From positions 1,881 through 65,880 of the forward strand of contig JAFQWW010000015.1 of NCBI GenBank assembly GCA_017407285.1: a stretch of 64,000 nucleotides of DNA, written 5' to 3'. Under the pieces are notes generated by a model. The model worked only from the letters and a program-made list of their open reading frames with translations. It had not been told where the DNA came from and searched no databases. The stretch comes from Clostridia bacterium (lineage in GTDB: Bacteria > Bacillota > Clostridia > Christensenellales > RUG350). Positions 9,473 through 18,555 of this stretch are shown piece by piece (within the stretch, counting starts at the first letter, position 1; the number at the start of each line of letters is the position of its first letter). A program made the position numbers and the translations under genes.

Positions 9473-11602
9473 TTAGTTGTAGAACATAATATCGGAATAG
9501 GTGGGCATACCATAACACTCTCTATCCGTATTTTTCTCTAATTCGTCCGCAAAGAATCTAACCTTTTCCATTGCGGGTACTACTTTGTCACGATAATCAA
9601 TTGCTTTTTGGAGTTCGTCGCACTCGCCCTTAACGTCGGGTAAAAGTTTTTCCAAACTCTCCACAGCAGACACGAGATTATCGTAGTTTTCTTGATACCA
9701 AGTCAACGCCTTCATCTGGGACCTAGGTTCAACTCCCAAATTCTTCACCGCACTCGCGCACTCCGCTATACGGACAAGATATTTTCCAAAATTGGGCACG
9801 AGCTGAGTCTTTGCCATCATAAGCATGGTGGTTGCCTCGATGTTTATCGTTTTGGAATAGTTTTCAAGATATATCTCGTAACGACTCGTAAGTTCTTCTC
9901 GAGTCAAAACTCCCTGCTTTTCGTAAACTGCTACGTTTTTATCTCTAAGCAAGGTCTGATAAGCGTCTACGCAATTATTTATCTGCTCTAGTCCACGGCG
10001 CTCCGCCTCTTTCAACCATTCTGCATCGTAGTTGTTTCCGTTAAATATTACTCGTCTATGTTTAGATAAAAACTCGATTATTACCTTTTTCAAAGCATCT
10101 TCCGAGTTTGATCCCTCTTTTATAAGTTCTTCGGTTTGATCCGCCATTCTCTCAAGCATTTCTGCGGTAATGGTATTGAGTACGGTGTTGGGAGTTGCAA
10201 TAGACGCTGAAGAACCTACCATACGGAACTCAAATTTATTTCCCGTGAACGCAAACGGAGAGGTACGGTTTCTATCCGATCTATCCTGTCTTAAGGTGGG
10301 GAATACGAGTTCTCCGAGTTTTAGTATATTTCTATGCTTTCTCTCGCCGTGCAAACCTTGCAATAGCCTGTCCACCAAGGCCTCAAGTTCGCCAACGAAA
10401 ACCGATATAACGACAGGAGGCGCTTCAAAGCCACCAAGTCTTAGATCGTTACCAACTTGAGAAGCGGATACTCTCAATAAATCCGCATACTCGTCAACAG
10501 CCGCAATCGTTGCTGCAAAAAACGCTAAGAACGGAAGATTGTCGTCCGGATTTTTAGTAGGATCGGTAAGGTTTATACCGTCGTCCGTGACTATAGACCA
10601 GTTGTCGTGCTTACCGCTACCGTTAACGCCGTTAAAAGGTTTTTCGTGCAAAAGACAGGCAAGATTGTGTTTTTCCGCTATCTTTTTCATCATTTCCATA
10701 ACGAGTTGGTTATTATCGGTCGCAATATTTGCCGTTGCGTATATAGGTGCAAGTTCGTGTTGAGCGGGCGCAACCTCGTTATGTTGAGTTTTAGCGTTTA
10801 TGCCAAGTTTCCACAAAGCCTCGTTCAAGTCCGCCATAAACGCACCCACTCTATCTCTTATGGTTGCGTAATACTGGTCGTTTTTCTCTTGACCTTTAGG
10901 AGCAGGAGCACCGAACAATGTTCGTCCCGTAAAACGCAAGTCCGCTCTCTGCATATAATCGTTTTTGTCTACCAAGAAATACTCTTGCTCTGCGCCAACG
11001 TTAACCGAAATTTTCTTACTCGTCTTGTTTCCTGCTAAACGCAACACTCTCATACCCTGCTTATCGAGAGCTTTCATACTCTTCAAAAGCGGAGTTTTCT
11101 TGTCAAGTATTTGTCCGTTGTAAGAGCAAAACGCAGTAGGTATGCACAATACGCACACACCGTCCGAGGTGTTCTTCAAAAAGGCAGGAGAAGAGCAATC
11201 CCATACGGTATAACCTCTCGCCTCGAAAGTCGCTCTTATATTTCCACTAGGAAAACTCGAAGCGTCCGCCTCTCCTCTACTCAAATTTTTACCGGTAAAC
11301 TGTAAAATGGTGTTACCCGATTTGTCTATAGATATAAAACTATCGTGTTTTTCCGCGGTAAAGCCCGTCAAAGGTTGAAACCAATGGGTATAGTGAGTAG
11401 CGCCGTTTTTAATAGCCCACTCTTTCATAGCTTCCGCAAATACGTCTGCGAGTTCACGAGAGAGTTCTCCTCCCGACACTTGCAACGCCTTAAGCTCTTC
11501 AATAGCACTCTCAGGCACGTATTTTCTCATGGTATCTTCCGAAAAAACGTTTGTTCCGAAAAACTCAGTTATTCTCTTTTCCTCTGTTATACGTTTAGGC
11601 AT
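9473..11602 (-). CDS. glnA: Glutamine synthetase, type III
   Basis: 709 aa, which is GSIII length. The N-terminus FGTNVFSEDTMRKYVP and the central catalytic region are typical of GlnN/GSIII of Clostridia and Bacteroides. Confidence 0.9.
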   Translation of the reverse strand: MPKRITEEKRITEFFGTNVFSEDTMRKYVPESAIEELKALQVSGGELSRELADVFAEAMKEWAIKNGATHYTHWFQPLTGFTAEKHDSFISIDKSGNTILQFTGKNLSRGEADASSFPSGNIRATFEARGYTVWDCSSPAFLKNTSDGVCVLCIPTAFCSYNGQILDKKTPLLKSMKALDKQGMRVLRLAGNKTSKKISVNVGAEQEYFLVDKNDYMQRADLRFTGRTLFGAPAPKGQEKNDQYYATIRDRVGAFMADLNEALWKLGINAKTQHNEVAPAQHELAPIYATANIATDNNQLVMEMMKKIAEKHNLACLLHEKPFNGVNGSGKHDNWSIVTDDGINLTDPTKNPDDNLPFLAFFAATIAAVDEYADLLRVSASQVGNDLRLGGFEAPPVVISVFVGELEALVDRLLQGLHGERKHRNILKLGELVFPTLRQDRSDRNRTSPFAFTGNKFEFRMVGSSASIATPNTVLNTITAEMLERMADQTEELIKEGSNSEDALKKVIIEFLSKHRRVIFNGNNYDAEWLKEAERRGLEQINNCVDAYQTLLRDKNVAVYEKQGVLTREELTSRYEIYLENYSKTINIEATTMLMMAKTQLVPNFGKYLVRIAECASAVKNLGVEPRSQMKALTWYQENYDNLVSAVESLEKLLPDVKGECDELQKAIDYRDKVVPAMEKVRFFADELEKNTDRECYGMPTYSDIMFYN

Positions 11603-11643
11603 GTCTACTCCTTGATTTATGGTTGCAAAATATACTATTATAT

Positions 11644-11672
11644 ATTATAATAACTTTAGTTATAAATGTCAA
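11644..11672 (-). promoter_or_regulatory. Sigma-70-type promoter of glnA with a palindrome in the spacer
   Basis: On the minus strand: TTGACA (11672-11667), a 17-bp spacer, then TATAAT (11649-11644). The spacer contains the palindrome ATAAC-TTTA-GTTAT (11650-11663). Confidence 0.6.
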
Positions 11673-11707
11673 CGGGGAATATCGATTTTAACGTAAGGTA
11701 GGGAAAA

Positions 11708-12526
11708 ATGAATTTCAAAATAGCGCGTTGCGAACTTCATCATTGGGAAGAACCCGTAATATCGGGAACACGTGGAAGTGGCACGGTATTTTTCTGCGGT
11801 TGCACCATGAAATGCAAGTTTTGTCAAAACTATCAAATATCAAGAAAATTCGACACGGGACTTGAATTTTCCGAGGACGAACTCATATCCCTTTTTCTCT
11901 CTTTAGAGGAGGACGGCGCGCACAATATAAACCTCGTTACCCCCGCTCAATACGCACGATCTCTCGCCCCCGTTTTGGAAAAATTCAAAAAAATTTCCTC
12001 CATTCCCGTAGTATACAACACGAACGCTTACGAGAGTGTGGAAAACCTAAAAAAACTTGACGGATTAGTAGATATCTACCTTCCCGACCTAAAGTATAGT
12101 GAGGATAAGTACTCTATCGAATTTTCCTCCGCTCCACGTTACTTTGAAATAGCAAGCAATGCAATAGAGGAAATGCGCCGTCAACAACCAAAAGATATAT
12201 ATGAGTCCGATTTGATGAAAAAGGGAATGATAGTCCGTCATCTCGTACTCCCAACTCTAACTGAGGACAGCAAAAAGGTTTTAGACTATTTGTCCACTCT
12301 AAAACCTAAGCCTATATTGAGTCTAATGGCGCAGTATTTTCCAACTGATGAGGTAAAAGACCACCCCATATTAGGTAGAAAAATCACCAAACGCGAATAC
12401 GATATCGTCTTGGACTACGCCGATATATTAGGTTTTGATGGTTTTACTCAAGATCCGTCGAGCGCAACCGAGGACTACGTCCCCGAATTTGATTTAGAAT
12501 TATTAAAAAAGCGACTAAAAAAATAA
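11708..12526 (+). CDS. Radical SAM protein, PflX-like (pyruvate formate-lyase activase homologue, COG1313)
   Basis: CGCTMKCKFCQN carries the CxxxCxxC cluster motif. 272 aa. Confidence 0.75.
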   Translation: MNFKIARCELHHWEEPVISGTRGSGTVFFCGCTMKCKFCQNYQISRKFDTGLEFSEDELISLFLSLEEDGAHNINLVTPAQYARSLAPVLEKFKKISSIPVVYNTNAYESVENLKKLDGLVDIYLPDLKYSEDKYSIEFSSAPRYFEIASNAIEEMRRQQPKDIYESDLMKKGMIVRHLVLPTLTEDSKKVLDYLSTLKPKPILSLMAQYFPTDEVKDHPILGRKITKREYDIVLDYADILGFDGFTQDPSSATEDYVPEFDLELLKKRLKK

Positions 12527-12873
12527 AAGCAACCCAAAAGGTTATACTCTTAAGGACAGTTTCAAGTTCAGAAGATATAATATCTACAGACAGGAAGAGG
12601 ACAGAGAATGTTTTTACACTCTCTGTCCTCTTTTCCTGACAAGCACTGCATTTGTGGACGCAAATACTATTTTTAGTTATGAGTTATGAAGTTCGCTCAC
12701 GCTCACCGTTATAAGTTTGCTTCGCAAACGTTATGATATAATTGCCTTGTTACTTCAAGCTGTGCCGAAGGCACATCATAACTTGGCGTAGCCAATCATA
12801 ACTCTAAACTCGCCACAGGCGATTATAACTGCGTAGTGTCCTTAAGGGCACTACGCTAAAAGGTTGCTTTTTT
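12525..12873. repeat. Structured hairpin-array element inside a split terminator (candidate MITE/REP-like element or novel sRNA)
   Basis: Outer complementary ends are AAAAGCAACC (12525-12534) and GGTTGCTTTT (12862-12871). AAAAGGTT is duplicated at 12536-12543 and 12858-12865. An inner inverted pair is CTTAAGGACA (12549-12558) / TGTCCTTAAG (12837-12846). Inside are seven GTTATGA/TCATAAC-type heptamers, five perfect GC-rich hairpins and a 17-bp hairpin at 12591-12638. There is no credible ORF. Confidence 0.55.
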
Positions 12874-12885
12874 GCTAAATTTATC

Positions 12886-13887
12886 TTATTTGTTTTCCGC
12901 CTCTCTTGCTAGCCCTGCGATGATTTTACCTCTTAAATTGTCCTTTATAGCAGTAGGCAAAAATGCAATGTTTAGAGCGTTTAGATAACATTTAACCTTT
13001 TCTTCTACGGTTAAACCTACGCTTTCTTTCAAAAACTCAAATTCTCGTCTAATATTCGTACTAGACACCACCGTGCTATCCGTATTAACGCACACGAGTA
13101 TTCCACGGCGCAAATATTCGCGTAGTGGGTAATCTTTCATCTCATCTACCGCGCCCGTTTGGAAATTGCTAGTCGGGCACATCTCAACGCCTATGCCTTT
13201 TTCCAAAACGATATTCATCAATCTCTCGCTCTCCACCAAATGCACGCCGTGACCTATACGTCTAGCGCCGAGTTTTATAGCGGCCTCTACTTGTTCTGCG
13301 CCACCTCTCTCTCCTGCGTGTATAGTTATAGGGAGTTTTAATTCACGAGCGTACGAGAAAAGGTCTTTGTACTTATCGTACACGAATCCGTCCTCGTTTC
13401 CTGCAAGGTCTAGAGCGCAAACCCCTCGACCTAAATATTTTTTGGCGCACGTGACCGTTTCTCTATTCAAATCTTCTACGCCGTCTATTCTCATACAACA
13501 GAGTATAAGTTGGGCAACGAAATTTTCCGTGATAGCCTTCTTTAATCCCGAAATTGCGGACACTACCACCTCTTCCACGCTCAAACCTTTTCTTGTATGA
13601 AGCAAGGGCGCAAAACGAATTTCGGCGTATAGCATACCGGACTTTGAAAGTCTTTTAACCATAAGCTCAACCGCTTTTTCCACGCTTTCCTTGCTCTGCA
13701 TCACGGACAAAGGCAAATCAAAATAGGTCAAATAATGTGTAAGCGTCCTATTATCTCCGTGAAATGAAAGATAATTTTTGAGTTCCTCTTTATCCGTCGT
13801 AGGCAACTCAACTTTATCGATATCAGCCAATACTAAAATATCATCGGGGGTAAGTGAACCGTCCAAATGTAAGTGCAAATCTATCAT
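12886..13887 (-). CDS. add: Adenosine deaminase
   Basis: MIDLHLHLDGSL N-terminus, a TIHAGE metal-binding motif, and 333 aa. Confidence 0.9.
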   Translation of the reverse strand: MIDLHLHLDGSLTPDDILVLADIDKVELPTTDKEELKNYLSFHGDNRTLTHYLTYFDLPLSVMQSKESVEKAVELMVKRLSKSGMLYAEIRFAPLLHTRKGLSVEEVVVSAISGLKKAITENFVAQLILCCMRIDGVEDLNRETVTCAKKYLGRGVCALDLAGNEDGFVYDKYKDLFSYARELKLPITIHAGERGGAEQVEAAIKLGARRIGHGVHLVESERLMNIVLEKGIGVEMCPTSNFQTGAVDEMKDYPLREYLRRGILVCVNTDSTVVSSTNIRREFEFLKESVGLTVEEKVKCYLNALNIAFLPTAIKDNLRGKIIAGLAREAENK

Positions 13888-13908
13888 ACTTTCCTCCTTA
13901 TCTCGTTA

Positions 13909-14748
13909 TCAAATCGTAGAAATTTTAACTATACTCTCTTTCAACACCCTTATAAATTTACTTTGCGCTCTATCCGCTACTCTTTTAACGTCGTCGTGAG
14001 AAAGTTTAACCTTCTCTATCCCCGCCGCCATATTTGTAGCCATACTAACCCCAACCACTCTCATGCCTAAATGACGAGCGCAAGTAGCCTCCACGACCGT
14101 ACTCATTCCAACCAAATCCGCGCCTATTATTCTATAAAAATTTATCTCGGCAGGAGTTTCGTACTGTGCGCCGGAAACTTGAATATACACGCCCTCGTGC
14201 GCCACCGTTTCAAGTTCGTGACAAATATCCAAAACAGCGTTTGATAGTTCCCGATCGTACACCTTGCACATATCGGGAAAATCCAATTTAGTGCCGATAA
14301 GTCTGCGAATATCCCCTTTTATAGGACTAGGAACGAAGGAAGATATATGGTCCTTTATTACGACCAAATCTCCCGGGTGATAATCGGTATTTATAGCGCC
14401 GGATGCGTTAGTTAATATCAATTTTTTTGCGCCCAACTCGTACACTAGTCGAATAGGACGGACTACGTCCTCTACGCTATAGCCCTCGTATAGATGCACC
14501 CTTCCGCTCATCAATAAAACCTTAACACCGCTCAAAACTCCGAAAATCATCTTTCCGTCGTGAAAAGGTGTCGTGGACGTTTTAAGGTACGGCACGTCAC
14601 CGTACGATATCTCGTGTACAACCTCAACCTCACGAGTAAGTCCTGCGAGCCCAGAGCCTAAAACGACAGCAATATCGGGGATAAAATCCGTTTTACTGCG
14701 GATATATTCCCTTCCTTTTTGGATTTTTTCTATTTCACTTATTTGCAT
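13909..14748 (-). CDS. punA: Purine nucleoside phosphorylase (PunA/PNP-I family)
   Basis: VVLGSGLAGL phosphate-binding motif and MSTVVEA region. The start at MQISEIE (14748) lies downstream of a TTGATT-17-TATACT promoter. Confidence 0.85.
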   Translation of the reverse strand: MQISEIEKIQKGREYIRSKTDFIPDIAVVLGSGLAGLTREVEVVHEISYGDVPYLKTSTTPFHDGKMIFGVLSGVKVLLMSGRVHLYEGYSVEDVVRPIRLVYELGAKKLILTNASGAINTDYHPGDLVVIKDHISSFVPSPIKGDIRRLIGTKLDFPDMCKVYDRELSNAVLDICHELETVAHEGVYIQVSGAQYETPAEINFYRIIGADLVGMSTVVEATCARHLGMRVVGVSMATNMAAGIEKVKLSHDDVKRVADRAQSKFIRVLKESIVKISTI

Positions 14749-14849
14749 AATTACCTCTATATTTAGTATACCATAGCAAGCCCTCTCAATCAATACCTAA
14801 ATCAAAATTCGTGGTACATAATTTAATAAAAGACTATCAAACTATATAT

Positions 14850-16406
14850 ATGCAAAACCTAAAAAAACAAGGCTTCGCAACTAACGCGCTATTGCTATGC
14901 CTTGGAGGAATCATATGTAAAGTTATAGGCGCGTTGTACAAAATTCCTTTGACCAACGTCATAGGAGCTACGGGAATAGGGTTGTACCAAACCGTATTTC
15001 CTATATTTGCGATCATCATTTCTATATCTTCGGGCGGTATCTCTCAAGCAGTGTCCTCTCTCGTGTCGAGTAGTCGAGAAGAAGAGGGTTCAAGTTTAGT
15101 AAAAGGCGCAACGTTGGTCGTCACGATAGGCTCGCTCATACTCTCTATTCTACTATACCTTTTAAGTCCCGCGCTATCCTCTTTGCAAGGCGTTAAAGGG
15201 ATAGATTTTTTATACAAAATTTTAATTCCTGCTATAATATTTAGCGGTTATTCTTGCGTATTTAGAGGATATTTTCAAGCAAAGTCTAATATGACTCCCA
15301 CTGTATTTAGCCAACTGATAGAGCAAATCGTAAAACTCGCAGTGGGAATATTTTTATCCGTTTATTTATCTAGATACGGTTTATTATACGCAGTTACGGG
15401 CGCACTAATAGGTGTGAGTGTATCAGAATTTATATCCTTTTTATATTTATTTATTCGATATATCACGTCTAAAGACAAAAGAGTTTTACCCTCTACCATA
15501 CCCTTTAGTTTTTCCTTCTTGAGGGTATTGCGCTATTCCGCTCCAACTGCGTTGGGCGGTATAATTATGCCCTTATCAAACCTTATAGATAGCGTGAGTG
15601 TTATAAATTTTCTAACGCCTACGATAGGTCTTCGCCTCTCTACCTCTTTTTACGGACTGTTGTCGGGTACGGTAGCCACCCTGACTAACCTTCCTGCAGT
15701 TTTTACCCTAGCCTTAGGAATAGCCGTCCTACCCGTATTATCCAAAGATAAAGAAAACTCTACCCTATCCTCATTATATGACAAAAGCAAGATTTCTCTA
15801 AAACTCACCCTCTTCGTCACGATACCTGTATCCGTATTCTTTATCGTATGCGCGCCACTTATCATACCCTTTTTGTATCCAACGCTAAGTGCTCTAGAGC
15901 GTGCTACTGCAATAAATCTACTAGTTATATCCTCTTTAGGTATCCCATCTCTTGGTATTACGCAGATATACTCGTCTTTTTTGTTTGGCGTAGGTTTATC
16001 AATAAAAAGTTTGAAAAATCTAGCCCTATCCGTTGGTATAAAAACGGTCTTGCTCTACCCTGCGCTCTCATTATTTGGGATATACGGTGTAGCAGGATTG
16101 AACGCTTTGTGTTACACGATATCTGCGTATCTAAACGCAAAATCATATTCCAAAATAATTGGGAAATGCAACGTTCATAAAGAATTCACTTTTATTCTCG
16201 TCGTGAGCGTAGCCCTAGCAATACCCGTTTTTTTGGCAATTCCTTATCTTAAACCCCTTTGGATATTTGCCCTTTCTGTGCTTTGTGTGGTATTATATTT
16301 ATATATAACCACGAAAAACGTTTTTGACGAGAGAGAACTATCCTCTCTCCCCTTTTCAAAACGCAAAGGAGGGATATATGCTAACCGTAATAGGACTGGG
16401 CAATAG
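14850..16406 (+). CDS. MOP-superfamily flippase (YabM/SpoVB/MurJ-like polysaccharide biosynthesis protein)
   Basis: ~518 aa polytopic membrane protein. The N-terminus KQGFATNALLLCLGGIICKVIGALYKIPLTNVIG matches the SpoVB/YabM style. It is adjacent to a yabN-like gene, as in B. subtilis. Confidence 0.75.
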   Translation: MQNLKKQGFATNALLLCLGGIICKVIGALYKIPLTNVIGATGIGLYQTVFPIFAIIISISSGGISQAVSSLVSSSREEEGSSLVKGATLVVTIGSLILSILLYLLSPALSSLQGVKGIDFLYKILIPAIIFSGYSCVFRGYFQAKSNMTPTVFSQLIEQIVKLAVGIFLSVYLSRYGLLYAVTGALIGVSVSEFISFLYLFIRYITSKDKRVLPSTIPFSFSFLRVLRYSAPTALGGIIMPLSNLIDSVSVINFLTPTIGLRLSTSFYGLLSGTVATLTNLPAVFTLALGIAVLPVLSKDKENSTLSSLYDKSKISLKLTLFVTIPVSVFFIVCAPLIIPFLYPTLSALERATAINLLVISSLGIPSLGITQIYSSFLFGVGLSIKSLKNLALSVGIKTVLLYPALSLFGIYGVAGLNALCYTISAYLNAKSYSKIIGKCNVHKEFTFILVVSVALAIPVFLAIPYLKPLWIFALSVLCVVLYLYITTKNVFDERELSSLPFSKRKGGIYANRNRTGQ

Positions 16407-17610
16407 CGTAGATCAAATAACCAAAGAAGCAAAAGACAAGATAGAGGAATGTAGTGAGATTATTGTCAAAACCTCTATATCTCAAACCTATTCTTTTTTT
16501 GAAAACAAAAAACATCAAACTTTGGACTTTATTTTTGAAGAAGAAGAGGACTTTGACACCTTAAACAAAAAATGCGCCGAATACGTATTGAGCAAAAAGG
16601 GCAAAGTTTGTTTTTGCTTGGACGGAGACGGCGTGTCGGACGGAATAGTCAAAGAAATCTTAGCGCTATCCAAAACTAGTCCAAAATTCATATACGGTGT
16701 ATCCAATATAGCGGAAATGAAGAAGGAATCGGGAGGCGCTTTAAGCTATCTTCTCTACACTGCAACCGAGATTATCAATAAACCTCACGTAGAGTTCGAC
16801 CGTGCGAACCCCGTATTCATCGTAGAACTAGACGACGAATTTTTATCCTCCGACCTCAAACTCTATCTCCTTGACAAATTAGGCGACGAGGAGGTACTAT
16901 TCTTCCACAAAAAATGGAACAAAATAAAAGTTTCCGAGATAGATAGACAAAAATACGACCACCAAACTAAACTTATCATTCCCCCGAAACCCTTAACAGA
17001 AAAGGAACGTTTTGGAATAAGTGATTTAGTGGAGATTATGAAGATATTGCGTGCTCCAAACGGTTGTCCGTGGGATCGTGAGCAAACCCACCAATCCATT
17101 CGTAAAAATCTTATAGAAGAGGCGTACGAATTAGACGATGCTATCCAAAAAGAAGACCTAGATATGATGACTGAAGAGTGTGGCGACGTACTCTTGCAGT
17201 CCGTGTTTAACGCGCTTATCGGGGAAGAATGGGGAGAATTTACCTTCTCTGACGTTTTGAGTATGTTGTGCTTAAAACTTATTCATCGCCACACCCACAT
17301 ATTCGGCAACGTCAAGGCATCTAACGCTGCGGAAGCTTTGATAGCGTGGGAAAACGCAAAGAAATTAGAAAAAGCAGGAAAAGGCAGGTTTGAAACCGTA
17401 CCTTCCGCCCTCCCTGCCCTCATTCGCGCCCAAAAGGTAATGAAATGCGCGGGCGAGAGAAAAGATTTACCCGTATCTGGCAAGACGTCAAACCAGTGGG
17501 GAGAAGAACTATTTGCTATGGTTAGACAAATGCGCTCGGACGGAGTAGATGCAGAGGAAGCGTTGCAAGACGCTATAGCAAGATATATAAAGGAGAACGA
17601 CGTTGACTAA
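16378..17610 (+). CDS. mazG: YabN-like protein: tetrapyrrole-methylase-like N-domain fused to MazG NTP pyrophosphohydrolase
   Basis: N-terminus MLTVIGLGNS. The C-terminal MazG motifs are CPWDREQTHQSIRKNLIEEAYELDDAI. It overlaps the flippase gene end by 29 nt. Confidence 0.8.
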   Translation: MLTVIGLGNSVDQITKEAKDKIEECSEIIVKTSISQTYSFFENKKHQTLDFIFEEEEDFDTLNKKCAEYVLSKKGKVCFCLDGDGVSDGIVKEILALSKTSPKFIYGVSNIAEMKKESGGALSYLLYTATEIINKPHVEFDRANPVFIVELDDEFLSSDLKLYLLDKLGDEEVLFFHKKWNKIKVSEIDRQKYDHQTKLIIPPKPLTEKERFGISDLVEIMKILRAPNGCPWDREQTHQSIRKNLIEEAYELDDAIQKEDLDMMTEECGDVLLQSVFNALIGEEWGEFTFSDVLSMLCLKLIHRHTHIFGNVKASNAAEALIAWENAKKLEKAGKGRFETVPSALPALIRAQKVMKCAGERKDLPVSGKTSNQWGEELFAMVRQMRSDGVDAEEALQDAIARYIKENDVD

Positions 17611-18520
17611 AATAGGAGATATTACCCTCTCGTCCCCCTATCTTTTAGCCCCACTTGCAGGTTACACCGATATAGCGTTTAGAGAAATGGCGCGAGAATA
17701 CGGAGCAGGACTAACCTACACCGAAATGGTTAGCGCAAAAGGACTAATCTACGGCAACGAAAAAACGGAAGACTTACTCCGTTTATCCCCCTTAGAAGTC
17801 CCCTCCGCCGTACAAATATTCGGTTGCGAACCCGACGTCATGGCAAAAGCGATATCTAGTATCAAAGCCGATATAATAGATATCAACATGGGGTGTCCCG
17901 TTAGAAAAATCGTATCAAACGGGGAAGGCAGTGCCTTGATGAAAAATCCTGAACTTGCCCAAAGAGTGGTGGAGAGTTGCAAAAAAAGCGCAGGATCTCG
18001 TCCCCTCTCGGTAAAATTCCGTTTAGGATTTGACGAAGAGCATATAAACTGTGTAGACTTTGCTAAAAAAATGGAAGAAGCAGGTGCTGACGCTATAACC
18101 TTACACGGCAGAACGAGGGAACAATTTTATAGTGGTGTATCGAATTGGGATAAGATAAAGGAAACGGCAAAAGCTGTGTCTATTCCCCTCTTTGCAAACG
18201 GAGATATCACGACTGTCGAGGACGTAAAAGCATTCGACGACTCTTGTGTTTCGGGTTTTATGATAGGCCGTGGAGCAATAGGCAGACCGGAGATTTTCAG
18301 CGAACTACAAGGTTTAGAGATAAAGGTTGACAAGGTCGAACAAATCCTCAGACACGTAGAACGACTACGCGAATTTCTACCTGCCCACGTCGTCGTAAAC
18401 GATATGAAAAAGCATATTTGTTGTTATATGAAAGGGGTACGTGGCATAAAAGAACTTAAGAACGCCGTATATAATGCAAAAACTTTATCCGAACTTTTAC
18501 AAATAGTCAGTAACAGATAA
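17603..18520 (+). CDS. dusB: tRNA-dihydrouridine synthase
   Basis: LAPLAGYTDIAFREMAREYGAGLTYTEMVSAKGL and DINMGCP motifs. TTG start with an AAGGAGA RBS 6 nt upstream. Confidence 0.9.
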   Translation: MTKIGDITLSSPYLLAPLAGYTDIAFREMAREYGAGLTYTEMVSAKGLIYGNEKTEDLLRLSPLEVPSAVQIFGCEPDVMAKAISSIKADIIDINMGCPVRKIVSNGEGSALMKNPELAQRVVESCKKSAGSRPLSVKFRLGFDEEHINCVDFAKKMEEAGADAITLHGRTREQFYSGVSNWDKIKETAKAVSIPLFANGDITTVEDVKAFDDSCVSGFMIGRGAIGRPEIFSELQGLEIKVDKVEQILRHVERLREFLPAHVVVNDMKKHICCYMKGVRGIKELKNAVYNAKTLSELLQIVSNR

Positions 18521-18555
18521 CTTTCCCCCTCACATAAGATAGTGGGGAGGATGGT

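Noticed and set aside
9463-9513. N-terminal extensions in the ORF track: galT from 9513, the FAD protein from 2997, queT from 19748, mazG from 16324, punA from 14793, the flippase from 14811, and the 939-aa protein from 60786.
   Set aside because: The extensions overlap upstream genes or regulatory RNA, lack an RBS, and add non-homologous residues. Internal ATG/TTG starts with an RBS match family N-termini.
12676-12830. Reading the GTTATGA / TCATAAC heptamers as integron attC core (GTTRRRY) and inverse-core (RYYYAAC) sites.
   Set aside because: In attC the inverse core (..AAC) precedes the core (GTT..) within a site. Here all GTT-type copies precede all AAC-type copies on either strand. No cassettes or ORFs lie between them, there is no intI, and the heptamers fit the R/Y consensus poorly.
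12527-12885. Possibility that the long intergenic region is tmRNA, RNase P RNA, SRP RNA, 6S RNA or a riboswitch.
   Set aside because: None of the hallmark sequences I know are present: the tmRNA tRNA-like ends with GGTTCGA T-loop and tag ORF, the RNase P GAGGAAAGTCC, or the SRP domain IV GGAAG/AGCA motif. The region lies downstream of both flanking genes, which excludes a 5'-UTR riboswitch.
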